64,000 bases of DNA from Deltaproteobacteria bacterium. Its GTDB lineage: Bacteria > Desulfobacterota > GWC2-55-46 > JAJCZF01. This document shows, piece after piece, positions 17,753 to 27,424 of this stretch. The number at the start of each line of letters is the position of its first letter. Position 1 is the first letter of the stretch. The stretch lies in the NCBI GenBank assembly GCA_029262535.1, contig JAJCZF010000061.1, forward strand, positions 2,778 to 66,777. Reading direction: 5' to 3'. The position numbers were made by a program, and so were the translations under genes. The notes beneath the pieces are model-generated. The model was not told the origin of the DNA and ran no database searches. It saw nothing but the letters and a program-made list of their open reading frames with translations.

Positions 17753-18733
17753 ATGCATACCTACATCATAAGGCGTCTGCTCTACGCCATACCGATCCTT
17801 ATCGGCGTAAATCTCATAACGACGCTGCTCTTCTTTTATGTCAATACGCCGGACGACATGGCCCGCCAGATACTAGGAGATAAGAACGTCACCGCGGAGT
17901 CCGTTGAAAACTGGAAGCGCGAGCACGGTTACGACCTGCCGCTATTTATTAACAACTCCGAAGAGGGCCTTTCAAAGATCACTCAGACCGTTTTTGCGGA
18001 AAAGTGCGCGCCGCTCTTGTGGTTCGACTTCGGCCGGTCGGATAGAAACAATATCGATATCGGCAGCCAGATTCGGACCAGGATGTGGCCTAGCCTCGCC
18101 ATCGCGGTGCCGACTTTTATTGTGGCCATATTCGTAAATCTCATCTTCGCAATGATACTGGCTTACGTGCGCGGCACCTACCTGGACGTATGGGGCGTAA
18201 TCTTTTGCGTCTCAATGATGTCCATATCCTCTCTATTCTTCATCATATCGGGCCAGTTCGTGCTCGGAAAGATGCTAAAACTATTTCCAATCTCCGGTTT
18301 CGACACCGGTATATACGGGATTAAGTTCGTCATACTGCCGATAGTCATCGGCATCATCGCCTCCATAGGCGGTAGCGCGCGCTTTTACCGCATAGTATTT
18401 CTCGAAGAGATCGGCAAGGACTACATCAGAACGGCGCGGGCAAAGGGCTTGTCCGAAGGCAAGGTGCTCTTCAAACACGGCCTGAAGAACGCCATGATAC
18501 CGATACTGACCAATGTCGTCGTCGCCCTGCCCTTTCTATTTTACGGTTCGCTTATAATGGAAAACTTCTTTGCCATACCGGGGCTCGGCAGCTTTACCAT
18601 TGACGCTATACAGTCGCAGGACTTCGCCATAGTGCGCTCGATGGTCTACCTCGGCTCTATATTGTATATCATAGGGCTGATATTGACAGATATCAGCTAC
18701 ACGCTCGTTGACCCGAGGATAAGGCTCAAGTGA
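17753..18733 (+). CDS. ABC transporter permease (YejB/OppB-like)
   Basis: ORF 17648-18733, trimmed to ATG 17753 (MHTYIIRRLLYAIPILIGV), which lies 6 nt after the SBP stop. Contains the EAA-loop block YIRTARAKGLSEGKVLFKHGLKNA. Confidence 0.85.
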   Translation: MHTYIIRRLLYAIPILIGVNLITTLLFFYVNTPDDMARQILGDKNVTAESVENWKREHGYDLPLFINNSEEGLSKITQTVFAEKCAPLLWFDFGRSDRNNIDIGSQIRTRMWPSLAIAVPTFIVAIFVNLIFAMILAYVRGTYLDVWGVIFCVSMMSISSLFFIISGQFVLGKMLKLFPISGFDTGIYGIKFVILPIVIGIIASIGGSARFYRIVFLEEIGKDYIRTARAKGLSEGKVLFKHGLKNAMIPILTNVVVALPFLFYGSLIMENFFAIPGLGSFTIDAIQSQDFAIVRSMVYLGSILYIIGLILTDISYTLVDPRIRLK

Positions 18734-18799
18734 TCTCATTGATCGCCAAAGAGAAGAAAGTTTTATAAATGACTGTTGATGAGGAAGTAATATAAAAAA

Positions 18800-19972
18800 A
18801 TGCCCGTAGTTCTCTCTACAGATCTCATAATGTACCTGCTGGTGCTCATGGTCGTCTATATGGCCGTGCTGGTACGGCGTGACGGTTATATCAAGGATGC
18901 GTGGCGCACCATTCGTTCGCGCAAGCTTGCCATGATCTCGCTACTCATCCTCTTGACCTTCGGCGCGATAGCTCTGGCCGACAGCATACGCTGGCGCGAC
19001 GCGGTAACGGACGAAGACGGCTCTATCTCGCACGCTACAGACGGCTCGGTCATATACGACATGAGGCCGCTAACGCTGCTCGACCGCGCTCTTTCAGAGC
19101 TTCGCACCAATACGGAGAAGACATTTTCCGCGCCGCTGGCCACTCACCAGTTCACCAAAGAGATGATGACACGCGCCGACGGCAGCACCGGGCGCGACTA
19201 CCCGCCGCTCAAATACCCGGGCACGCATCTGCTAGGCACCGGCAAGGTCGGTAACGACGTGCTCTTTACCGCCCTTAAATCTATAAGGACAGGTATCATA
19301 ATAGGCGCGGGCACGACCATTATCATCATCCCCTTCGCCATATTCTTCGGCGTTATGGCCGGTTTCTACGGGGGGCTAATCGACGACGCCATACAATATA
19401 TCTATACAACACTCTCCAGCATACCGGACATACTCTTGATAGTGGCCTTCATGCTGCTCTTCGGAAACAAGGGCTTTCAGGGCGGGCTCGTTAATCAGGC
19501 GGATACTCTACTTAACTTCTTCGTCTTAAACGACCGCCTCTTCTGGTTATGTTTCATCATGGGCATAACCTCTTGGACCGGTCTCTGCCGTCTGCTTCGA
19601 GGAGAAACGCTCAAGCTGCGCGAGATGGAATATATACAGGCCTCAAAGGCCTTTGGCGTATCCAAAAGCCGCCTCATCGTTCGCCACATAGTGCCCAATG
19701 TCATGCACCTCGTGCTCATAACTATGGTGCTTCAATTCTCAGGGCTCGTCCTTGCCGAGGCCGTGCTCTCTTATATTGGCATAGGCGTAGGCGTAGAGAT
19801 AGCTAGCTGGGGCAATATGATAAATACCGCGAGAATGGAACTATCGCGCGAACCGGTAGTCTGGTGGAACCTGCTTGGGGCCTTTATATTCATGTTCGCG
19901 CTCGTACTGCCGGCCAATATATTCGGCGACGCGGCAAGAGACGCGCTCGACCCGAAATTAAGGACCAAGTAA
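18800..19972 (+). CDS. ABC transporter permease (YejE/OppC-like) with a long first periplasmic loop
   Basis: TM1 is followed by a hydrophilic loop of about 100 aa, then the permease core. Contains the EAA-loop block YIQASKAFGVSKSRLIVRHIVPN. Confidence 0.85.
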   Translation: MPVVLSTDLIMYLLVLMVVYMAVLVRRDGYIKDAWRTIRSRKLAMISLLILLTFGAIALADSIRWRDAVTDEDGSISHATDGSVIYDMRPLTLLDRALSELRTNTEKTFSAPLATHQFTKEMMTRADGSTGRDYPPLKYPGTHLLGTGKVGNDVLFTALKSIRTGIIIGAGTTIIIIPFAIFFGVMAGFYGGLIDDAIQYIYTTLSSIPDILLIVAFMLLFGNKGFQGGLVNQADTLLNFFVLNDRLFWLCFIMGITSWTGLCRLLRGETLKLREMEYIQASKAFGVSKSRLIVRHIVPNVMHLVLITMVLQFSGLVLAEAVLSYIGIGVGVEIASWGNMINTARMELSREPVVWWNLLGAFIFMFALVLPANIFGDAARDALDPKLRTK

Positions 19973-21823
19973 TTGACCAAAGTTCTTGAAATAAAAGAGC
20001 TGAAAACCTATTTCCGCACGCCCTCCGGTATAGCGCGTGCCGTGGACGGGATATCCTTCTCCATAAAAGAGGGCGAGACCTTCGCGCTCGTAGGCGAGTC
20101 GGGCTGCGGAAAGTCCATGACCGCGCTTTCAACTATACAGCTCGTGCCGGAACCCGCCGGTTTTATCGCCGGCGGAGAGATTCGCCTGAACGGAAGAGAT
20201 ATCATCCCGCTCCCGGAAAAAGAAAAACGCGAGCTACGCGGCAATAGCGTCTCTATGATCTTTCAGGAGCCCATGACCTCGCTCAACCCGGTCTTTACCA
20301 TCGGCGAGCAGCTCATAGAACCGATAATACTGCATCAGAATAAGAATAGGGCGACCGCAAAGAAGCTCGCCATAGAGATGCTCGGCAAGGTCGGCCTGCC
20401 AGACCCGGAAAGACTCTATAGCGAATACCCGCACCGTCTATCAGGCGGTATGATGCAACGCGTGATGATCGCCATGGCGCTTGCATGCAAACCCGACCTG
20501 CTCATAGCCGACGAACCCACAACGGCGCTCGACGTTACTATCCAAAACCAGATACTGAAACTAATGAAGGAACTTCAGCGCGAGATGAATACAGCGGTCC
20601 TTTTGATTACGCATAACATGGCCCTTGTCTTTCAGAACGCCGAGCAGGTGGCCGTAATGTATGCCGGCAAGATAGTCGAACGGAGCGAGACCAAAAAACT
20701 CTTCCGCGACCCGAAACACCCCTATACGATATCGCTGCTTCGCGCCATTCCCGAAGGGGTTGGGCGTGACAAGCCGCTTGAGACGATCAAGGGTTCCGTG
20801 CCTCCTGCGACCGGCTACCCGGACGGCTGCCGCTTCTCGGGGCGCTGCCCTAGGGAGATGACCGGCTGCGCCGCGACCGAGCCAAAGTTGATAGAGGTAG
20901 GGCCTGATCATTTCGCCTCATGCCACCTGCACGACGAATCCTTTATGAGGGGTCCCGGCGCAAGCCCGCTCGTACAGGGACCGCAACCGCTTTCACCCAT
21001 AAATAAACGCCCGGAAGACGGCGCGACACTGCTTGAGGTAAGAGGCCTCAAGAAATATTATCCGATCAGAACGGGGCTCTTAAAGAGGGTCTCCGGTTAT
21101 GTCAAGGCGGTGGACGGCATAGACCTTGTAATCAAACGGGCACAGACGCTGGCGCTGGTCGGAGAGTCTGGTTGCGGAAAGACGACTGCCGGGAAATCTA
21201 TTATTCAACTTATCAAACCGACCGAAGGTTCGGTGCGCTTTTCCGGCTCAATGCTTACGGAACTATCTGAAAGGGAGCTTGCGCCCTTTCGCGCCAATAC
21301 GCAGATAATATTTCAGGACCCCTACTCGTCGCTCAACCCGAAGATGATGGTCGGCGAGATCATCACCGAGGGCATACGCTCGCTTAAGCCGGAGATGGCG
21401 CGGGCCGAACAGGACGAAAAGGTACGCCAGTCTTTAGAACGTGTGGGGCTCTCAGAGGAGATGATGAAACGTTATCCGCACGAGTTCTCCGGCGGACAGA
21501 GACAGAGGATAGGCATTGCGCGAGTGCTCGCCGTGGAGCCGGAGTTCATCGTATGCGACGAGGCCGTTAGCGCGCTAGACGTATCTGTGCAGGCTCAGAT
21601 ATTAAATCTCCTAAAATCGATACAAAAGGATTTTGGGATATCTTATCTATTTATCACGCACGATCTTGGCGTGGTAGAATATATCGCGGACGAGGTCGCC
21701 GTGATGTACGGCGGTCGTATCGTGGAGCGCGGAACGGTCGATGAGATATTTAAGAACCCCAAAGATCCATATACGAAAAAGTTACTAGACGCGGTGCCGC
21801 GCTTGCCGCGAGACCTCGCCTAG
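19973..21823 (+). CDS. ABC transporter ATP-binding protein with two fused ATPase domains (YejF-like)
   Basis: TTG start adjacent to the upstream stop. There are two Walker A motifs ([20 protein letters not shown]) and two signature motifs ([18 protein letters not shown]). Confidence 0.9.
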   Translation: MTKVLEIKELKTYFRTPSGIARAVDGISFSIKEGETFALVGESGCGKSMTALSTIQLVPEPAGFIAGGEIRLNGRDIIPLPEKEKRELRGNSVSMIFQEPMTSLNPVFTIGEQLIEPIILHQNKNRATAKKLAIEMLGKVGLPDPERLYSEYPHRLSGGMMQRVMIAMALACKPDLLIADEPTTALDVTIQNQILKLMKELQREMNTAVLLITHNMALVFQNAEQVAVMYAGKIVERSETKKLFRDPKHPYTISLLRAIPEGVGRDKPLETIKGSVPPATGYPDGCRFSGRCPREMTGCAATEPKLIEVGPDHFASCHLHDESFMRGPGASPLVQGPQPLSPINKRPEDGATLLEVRGLKKYYPIRTGLLKRVSGYVKAVDGIDLVIKRAQTLALVGESGCGKTTAGKSIIQLIKPTEGSVRFSGSMLTELSERELAPFRANTQIIFQDPYSSLNPKMMVGEIITEGIRSLKPEMARAEQDEKVRQSLERVGLSEEMMKRYPHEFSGGQRQRIGIARVLAVEPEFIVCDEAVSALDVSVQAQILNLLKSIQKDFGISYLFITHDLGVVEYIADEVAVMYGGRIVERGTVDEIFKNPKDPYTKKLLDAVPRLPRDLA

Positions 21824-21853
21824 AAACCAAATAAAACCAACCGTCCATTTGAC

Positions 21854-21881
21854 CCGACCGGCACACTAAAAAGCCGGTCGG
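21854..21881. terminator. hairpin between convergent genes (weak bidirectional terminator candidate)
   Basis: CCGACCGGC (21854-21862) pairs with GCCGGTCGG (21873-21881) across a 10-nt A-rich loop. There is no clear U-tract on either side. Confidence 0.3.
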
Positions 21882-21903
21882 ACCAGAATGAACTTAAACG
21901 CTC

Positions 21904-22119
21904 TTAATACTCGTCTGTCGCTTCATCTTCGGTAGAGGCGATAACAGATACCTTGCCCTCGGCTACTTCTCTCAAGGTGGTTACTATCGCCCTGTTGTTG
22001 GAATCTACGAGCGGGGTCGCGCCCTTGAGTATCTGACGCGCCCTCTTTGCCGTGGCGTGCACCAACTCGAATCTATTATTTACATTTTCAAGACTATCTT
22101 CTACGGTAATTCTTGCCAT
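21904..22119 (-). CDS. rpoZ: DNA-directed RNA polymerase subunit omega
   Basis: MARITVEDSLENVNNRFELVHATAKRARQI is the canonical RpoZ N-terminus. Confidence 0.9.
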   Translation of the reverse strand: MARITVEDSLENVNNRFELVHATAKRARQILKGATPLVDSNNRAIVTTLREVAEGKVSVIASTEDEATDEY

Positions 22120-22149
22120 CTTTTTCCCCTTTTATTTGTTCAGTTTTCA

Positions 22150-22758
22150 TTAGTTCAGTTGAAATATCTCTTCTACCTTATTAAATACTCTCTCTCCACC
22201 GGCATGTTCGGCAACTATTACGGATCTAAGCGTTTCAGCCGCCAACTCAAGTTTATCATTTATTATTATATAATCATAGGACTCGGCCTCTTTAATCTCG
22301 TTTCTAGCGCCCTCGAGCCTTCTCTGTATCGATTCTTCATCCTCTGCGCCCCTGGCCCGAAGCCTCTCTTCACAGACCTCCATGGAGGGCGGCACTATAA
22401 ATATATATATGCCGCCTTTACGCGAGGATCTTATCTGCGCTGCGCCCTGCACATCGATATCCATCAATACATCTTTTCCACTCGTGAGCAGCGCATCGAG
22501 GTCGGCCTTGGAGGTTCCGTAGCGATTTCCGTGCACATCGGCATGTTCTGCGAACTCGCCCGCATTCACCATGCGTTCGAACTCGGCATGATCTATAAAA
22601 CGATATTCCACACCATTGCACTCTCCGGGCCGCGCCTTTCGCGTAGTGTAAGAGATAGAAGGCGTAAGCGCTTGAAAATGGTCCATGACCAGATTTGACA
22701 GTGTCGTCTTTCCCGCGCCCGACGGGGCCGAGAGCACGAAGAGGATACCCTCACTCAA
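22150..22758 (-). CDS. gmk: guanylate kinase
   Basis: P-loop SAPSGAGKTT, plus ISYTTRKARPGECNGVEYRFI. Confidence 0.9.
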   Translation of the reverse strand: MSEGILFVLSAPSGAGKTTLSNLVMDHFQALTPSISYTTRKARPGECNGVEYRFIDHAEFERMVNAGEFAEHADVHGNRYGTSKADLDALLTSGKDVLMDIDVQGAAQIRSSRKGGIYIFIVPPSMEVCEERLRARGAEDEESIQRRLEGARNEIKEAESYDYIIINDKLELAAETLRSVIVAEHAGGERVFNKVEEIFQLN

Positions 22759-23620
22759 TATTTTGCACCTGTTCCCTTATCTTTTCAAGCTCGCCCTTTA
22801 TCTCGACCACTACCTGCGTTACGGAGACATCCGATACCTTCGAGCCCGTGGTATTTACCTCGCGCAGTATCTCCTGACAGAGAAAGTCGAGCCGCCTGCC
22901 AACAGGCTCCGTCTCGATAAGGTAGTCGGCAAAACGAGCCAGATGGCTCTTTAGCCTTGTTATCTCTTCGTCAAAGGCCGATTTTTCAGCGGCTATGGCA
23001 GCCTCGGTCAGGAGGCGGGTCTCGTCCACACCCTTACCGACCAGCGCCCTTATCTTATCGGCGAGCTTTTCTCTATAAGCGCTCTCAAGCCTTGGGGCCT
23101 CGGCCTCTAGCAAGAGGGCTTTATCTTCTATAAAGGCGAGCCTCGTTATTATATCTTCCTTTAGTTCCCCGCCTTCGCGCAGACGCCACTCTGCTACCTT
23201 TACAAGAGCGCCGTTTACAGCGCTCTTAAGCGCGGGCCAATCGTCCTCGTTATTATCGCCTGTCGAGGTCGCCTCGCTCATGATGCCGTGCATCCTCATA
23301 ATCGTAGAGAGGTCAAGCTCACCGGCGACTCCCATCTCCGAAAGCTCTCCGGCTGCTTTCAGGGCGGCCTCAACCAGGGGCCTGTTCAATCCGGCGGGAA
23401 GGCATGTGCTGCCTGCGCTCTTTATCATTACAGATACATGGCCGCGGGCAAAGGCCTTCTTTATATCTTCACGAATATTTACCTCAAGGCTGAAAAACCT
23501 CTCCGGCATTCGTATCTTGGTATCCAGATAGCGGTGATTGAGGGTTTTCACCTCAACGATAAAGGCCTCGTCACCGATAGAAAAGTCGGCGCGTCCGTAT
23601 CCCGTCATCGAGTTGCACAT
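22751..23620 (-). CDS. yicC: YicC family protein (stress-induced endoribonuclease family)
   Basis: MCNSMTGYGRADF parallels the E. coli YicC start MIRSMTAYAR. The C-terminal DUF1732-like helix region is present. The gene overlaps the gmk start by 8 nt. Confidence 0.8.
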   Translation of the reverse strand: MCNSMTGYGRADFSIGDEAFIVEVKTLNHRYLDTKIRMPERFFSLEVNIREDIKKAFARGHVSVMIKSAGSTCLPAGLNRPLVEAALKAAGELSEMGVAGELDLSTIMRMHGIMSEATSTGDNNEDDWPALKSAVNGALVKVAEWRLREGGELKEDIITRLAFIEDKALLLEAEAPRLESAYREKLADKIRALVGKGVDETRLLTEAAIAAEKSAFDEEITRLKSHLARFADYLIETEPVGRRLDFLCQEILREVNTTGSKVSDVSVTQVVVEIKGELEKIREQVQNIE

Positions 23621-23623
23621 AGA

Positions 23624-24160
23624 TTAAACACCCTTCTTGCGTGAGGCACGCGAGCCCCTAAGCCCGTCTCTAAGCATTTCGAGAAAATCTATTATCGGAC
23701 TCTTGGCATATTCCGCGTAAGTCCAGGCAAGGCTTTCATAAGCGCCGCCCTTCCTTATCAACGTAAGGTCGGCATATATGCCGGAGCCGATATAGATCCT
23801 GTGAGAAAAATTCTTACAGCTCGCAAGCACTACCTTTTCAAGGGCAAGGTAACCCGGATCTATATTTACAGACCTCTTGGTTCCCTGTAAGAAAGAGGCC
23901 TCAAGGCCGTTTGTAAATACCTTTATAGAGGACAGTTCGCCGGGGTCGATCAAGTCCTCAAAGGCCACTAAAGACCTTGTGAGTCCAGGACCCATCTCAC
24001 TGGCGTAATAGTCGCTATGGCCGAAGGGCACGGGACCGCATATGGTCGAGACCGCGCCGAATCGCTCTTCTAAAAGACCCTCTACCCGGCTCGTAAGCTC
24101 TTCGTCGCCTGAGAGGATGCTAATAAACAGAACTACCCTCTCCGGCTCCGCCGCTTTCAC
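23624..24160 (-). CDS. DUF4416-like protein, function unknown
   Basis: SDYYASEMGPGLTRSLVAFEDLIDPGELSSIKVFTNGLE matches my memory of the DUF4416 signature. This was not checked against an HMM. Confidence 0.5.
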   Translation of the reverse strand: MKAAEPERVVLFISILSGDEELTSRVEGLLEERFGAVSTICGPVPFGHSDYYASEMGPGLTRSLVAFEDLIDPGELSSIKVFTNGLEASFLQGTKRSVNIDPGYLALEKVVLASCKNFSHRIYIGSGIYADLTLIRKGGAYESLAWTYAEYAKSPIIDFLEMLRDGLRGSRASRKKGV

Positions 24161-24178
24161 AGCACCGCCTTCACTTTC

Positions 24179-25174
24179 CTATTTCAGTCCCTCTGAAACG
24201 GCCTGCCTCAACTCGTCTACAGTTACCGTTGCCGTGCCTAACTTTCCGACTACCAAACCGGCGGCGAAATTCGCTATTACCGAGGCCTCGACAAATGTCG
24301 CGCCAGAGGCCAGCGCAAGCCCTATGACTCCGATAACCGTATCGCCAGCGCCGCTTACGTCGTATACCTCTTTTGCAACGGTCGGGATGTGGGTCTCAAT
24401 ATCTCCGGCAAAGAGGCTCATGCCGTGCTCGCCGCGTGTTATAAGCACGGCCTCGCACTTTATCCTATCCAAAAGGTTTTCGCCCGCTTCGTGCAGACTC
24501 TCTTCGTTATCTATCTCAATAGCCGAGGCAAGAGAGGCCTCAAGGTTATTGGGTGTAACGATGGTAACGTCCTGATAAAAATCAAAGTGCTCTACCTTAG
24601 GGTCCACGGCTACAGGTTTTCCGTGTTTCTTTGCAAGGGCGGTGATGTGTCCGACCAGCTCCGGAGAGATCAAGCCCTTGGCGTAATCCGAGATCAAAAC
24701 GAGATCTGTCTCTTCGATGGCTTCTTCTATAAAGTCTATAACGGTCGCAAGAGTGTCGGCGTCTATTCTCGCCCTGGACTCGCGGTCGAAGCGCACCACC
24801 TGTTGGTTATGCGCGATAACACGCGTCTTTATCGTAGTAGGCCTGCTCTTGTCGACTATTATACCGTCGGTCGAGATACCCTTCTCTTCAAAGATAGATA
24901 AGAGGCGGCGACCGTCGAAGTCTTCGCCTATTATACCGGCCATAACCGAACTGCCGCCAAGGCTGTGGATATTATTTACGACATTTGCGCTACCGCCGAG
25001 CATGATCGACTCGGAACGCACGTCAACGACCGGCACCGGGGCCTCCGGAGAGATACGCGAGACCTTGCCCCATATGAAATGGTCCATAATCAGGTCGCCG
25101 ATTATGAGTATACGCGTCTCGTTAAATGAATCGATGATCTCGCTGGCGCGAGTTATATCTAAAAGTGCGTTCAT
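24179..25174 (-). CDS. hldA: D-glycero-beta-D-manno-heptose-7-phosphate kinase (RfaE domain I type, PfkB fold)
   Basis: ILIIGDLIMDHFIWGKVSRISPEAPVPVV and DVSGAGDTVIGV. There is no adenylyltransferase domain. Confidence 0.8.
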   Translation of the reverse strand: MNALLDITRASEIIDSFNETRILIIGDLIMDHFIWGKVSRISPEAPVPVVDVRSESIMLGGSANVVNNIHSLGGSSVMAGIIGEDFDGRRLLSIFEEKGISTDGIIVDKSRPTTIKTRVIAHNQQVVRFDRESRARIDADTLATVIDFIEEAIEETDLVLISDYAKGLISPELVGHITALAKKHGKPVAVDPKVEHFDFYQDVTIVTPNNLEASLASAIEIDNEESLHEAGENLLDRIKCEAVLITRGEHGMSLFAGDIETHIPTVAKEVYDVSGAGDTVIGVIGLALASGATFVEASVIANFAAGLVVGKLGTATVTVDELRQAVSEGLK

Positions 25175-25351
25175 GAAATCTGATCTTTTCCCAGTCTCTT
25201 CGTATGGTTTCGCTTATGCGCTTAAAATATCGTACCGTTTTTTATATCATATTTTTCTAATGCGTGCCACATAAGTATGGCACAAAGATATGGCGCAAAA
25301 GAAAGAAACTAGCATATATAAGAGGCTTCGCAATAAGCGCAAAAAGCCCGG

Positions 25352-25435
25352 CTGTCGCCCTGAGCGTAGCGAAGGGTCCCGGATAAGCAGGCTGCTAAGA
25401 GGCCTGAGATTCTTCGCTTCGCTCAGAATGACAAG
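25352..25435. repeat. imperfect palindromic intergenic repeat element, copy 1
   Basis: Left arm GTCGCCCTGAGCGTAGCGAAG (25354-25374) versus the reverse complement of CTTCGCTTCGCTCAGAATGAC (25412-25432): 17 of 21 positions can pair. The right arm matches copy 2 at 19 of 21 positions. Confidence 0.6.
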
Positions 25436-25464
25436 TAAAGAGTACTTGACCGTCCGAAAGCCTC

Positions 25465-26298
25465 TTATAGGTCAAGTCCCAGCTTTTTCAAGTGTTGCTC
25501 CAGAGCGGAAGAAGGAGGCTTATAGGTAACCTTCTTCTTAAAGAGCGCCTCCAGGCGATAGCCCAGACGGGTCATGAGCTTCTTCTCCTTGCGGGTCTCT
25601 TTGGTAAATACCGGGAAGCGGTTCCTGTTACGCCCCGAAAAGATCACCTGCGGCGGGATGGCGCTGTAGTCGAATAGGTACTCGACCGGCGCGTCCGGAA
25701 ACTTTTCAGGGTCGAAGAGGTCCTCTCTGACAAGAATGGTATTTAGCAAGGTGCAGCATATCGCCCTATAGCCCTTCTCCCGGCCTACCCTCTCTATCGC
25801 CTTTGCCGAGCAGCGCAGGTAGACCGTCTCCTCGGGGTCGTAGTAGTCTATATAGGGCGGTATCTTCTCGTTATGTTCTACAAGAATGATCTGCGCGTCA
25901 ACGTACTCTATATTCTTAAAGACATGGTAGTCGAAGGAATCGATGTCTATCACCAGGACGCCGACCTCCGGCGAGAGCCCTTCGCTCTTGAATATATCGT
26001 CAAGGCTGTCCTTGCCGCGTATGGCGACGTAACGGCTAACTATGGTCACGTCCTTGCCGGCGGTATTCTTCTTTAAGATATCGTACTTGCTCGTGTCCCC
26101 CTCGATCAGTACGCCCTTAAAGCCCTTGTTGTGCCAGAGATTGTAGGCGTTGGAGATATGTACTCCGTCCCAGGCCCCGAACTCGCATGCGACCTTTACG
26201 AGCTTGTCTCCGATCACGCCGCATATATAGTCGATGATGCCGTCCTCGCCATCTTTGCTCGTTATATTTTTTTCAAACCTGTTCAGTTTTTCCAACAT
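25465..26298 (-). CDS. hypothetical protein, possibly a methyltransferase fold (FkbM-like)
   Basis: ORF 25465-26355. ATG 26298 (MLEKLNRF) is preferred because GGGGA lies 7 nt upstream and the overlap with the GT9 gene disappears. The motif KDGEDGIIDYICGVIG...ACEFGAWDGVHISN...VLIEGD is weakly remembered from FkbM-like proteins. Confidence 0.4.
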   Translation of the reverse strand: MLEKLNRFEKNITSKDGEDGIIDYICGVIGDKLVKVACEFGAWDGVHISNAYNLWHNKGFKGVLIEGDTSKYDILKKNTAGKDVTIVSRYVAIRGKDSLDDIFKSEGLSPEVGVLVIDIDSFDYHVFKNIEYVDAQIILVEHNEKIPPYIDYYDPEETVYLRCSAKAIERVGREKGYRAICCTLLNTILVREDLFDPEKFPDAPVEYLFDYSAIPPQVIFSGRNRNRFPVFTKETRKEKKLMTRLGYRLEALFKKKVTYKPPSSALEQHLKKLGLDL

Positions 26299-26308
26299 AA
26301 AAGATCCC

Positions 26309-27424
26309 CTAGATATCCTTCTTTGCCCCTTTGGCAAGACATGCTTCTCTTTCAATCTTTATATTCTTTTCCAGATCGACCGCAACCTTGCCGTCGAGCA
26401 AACTACCTTCATCACCAGTTTTTTCACCAGTTTTCTCAAATAAACCGTGTATGCAGAGCGGCTCCTTGCACGATTCTATATAACAATATACCCCTGCAAG
26501 CCCCGCGTCGCGTAGAGAGCTTACGATATTACCACGATTAAGAATAATCTCCGGCGGCGTTGGGCCGAATATCGCGATACTCGGCACTCCCAGGGCCAGG
26601 GCGAGATGGAGCGGCCCCGCGTCCACGCCTATAAAGAGGTCGGTCATCTCCATCAGTTTCAGGAACGCGCGGCTCCTCGCATTGGACTTGCCAAAGACGA
26701 ATGTCTCAACCCCGCGCGGCAGTCCGAGCGGCGACGAATCGTCCGTAGCCACGGCAATAGCCGCATCTGGAAAACGCGAAGTCGCAAGTTCCACTACCCT
26801 GCCAAGGACCGCCCTGTCGAGGCTCTTGGCGGGGTTGGACGAGTCTGGGGCGATAACGACGGTGCGCACTTCCTTTAACTCAGGCTCCACTACGACATCA
26901 TCCGGCTCCGGAAGTAACAGGTACTCTCTCACACGTGCGTAGAGATTCTTATTTATCTCGTGGCTCGGGAATTTTCTGTAAAGGGCGCTCTTCGTCGCAA
27001 AGCTTAAAAAATATTCCGAATCGTCTCCAAGGCTGAATGGGTTGAAGCCGATATCATAGGCGCTCTTTTTAAGCCGGTTTGTTAACTTCAATAGCTTTAC
27101 AGGATTTTTTCTCTTATTAACCGATTCAATATGAATAGAGCCAGTACTACCAGTACTAATAGAATCGACGTCGGCGCGGTCGCCTCTTAAGATCCTCTCG
27201 GCATACGGGCGGAGCTGATTCGAGGTGATTATGAGATAGTCCTTATCCGGCCGCGCGGTTATGAAGTCGCGTATAACGGCAAAGCTAAGTATGCCGTCGC
27301 CATAACGGGAAAATACCGCAAAGAGAACCTTACGGGCCGCATCGATATCCTCCAGCCCTACGTCGCCTCCCGGATAGGCCGCAGCCCTGGCCACCCTCTT
27401 CTTTATCATGCGCTTTAAAACCAC
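26309..27424 (-). CDS. glycosyltransferase family 9 (heptosyltransferase family)
   Basis: DLFIGVDAGPLHLALALGVPSIAIFGPT is the GT9 C-terminal signature. The N-terminal block is VLFAVFSRYGDGILSFAVIRDF. Confidence 0.8.
   Translation of the reverse strand: MVLKRMIKKRVARAAAYPGGDVGLEDIDAARKVLFAVFSRYGDGILSFAVIRDFITARPDKDYLIITSNQLRPYAERILRGDRADVDSISTGSTGSIHIESVNKRKNPVKLLKLTNRLKKSAYDIGFNPFSLGDDSEYFLSFATKSALYRKFPSHEINKNLYARVREYLLLPEPDDVVVEPELKEVRTVVIAPDSSNPAKSLDRAVLGRVVELATSRFPDAAIAVATDDSSPLGLPRGVETFVFGKSNARSRAFLKLMEMTDLFIGVDAGPLHLALALGVPSIAIFGPTPPEIILNRGNIVSSLRDAGLAGVYCYIESCKEPLCIHGLFEKTGEKTGDEGSLLDGKVAVDLEKNIKIEREACLAKGAKKDI

Noticed and set aside
22057-22698. 213-aa plus-strand ORF over rpoZ and gmk
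   Set aside because: It is antisense to two unambiguous housekeeping genes. The composition is low-complexity (Y/F/I-rich) and the ORF crosses an intergenic gap.
25290-25529. 79-aa ORF (and 29483-29788, 101 aa) as real small proteins
   Set aside because: Their cores (ERSEGSRIS...FASLRMT; CEERKRRGS...LLRFARND) are translations of the palindromic repeat elements. They are not genes.
26299-26355. Upstream extension of ORF 25465-26355 overlapping the GT9 gene by 47 nt
   Set aside because: The internal ATG at 26298 has a GGGGA ribosome-binding site and removes the overlap.
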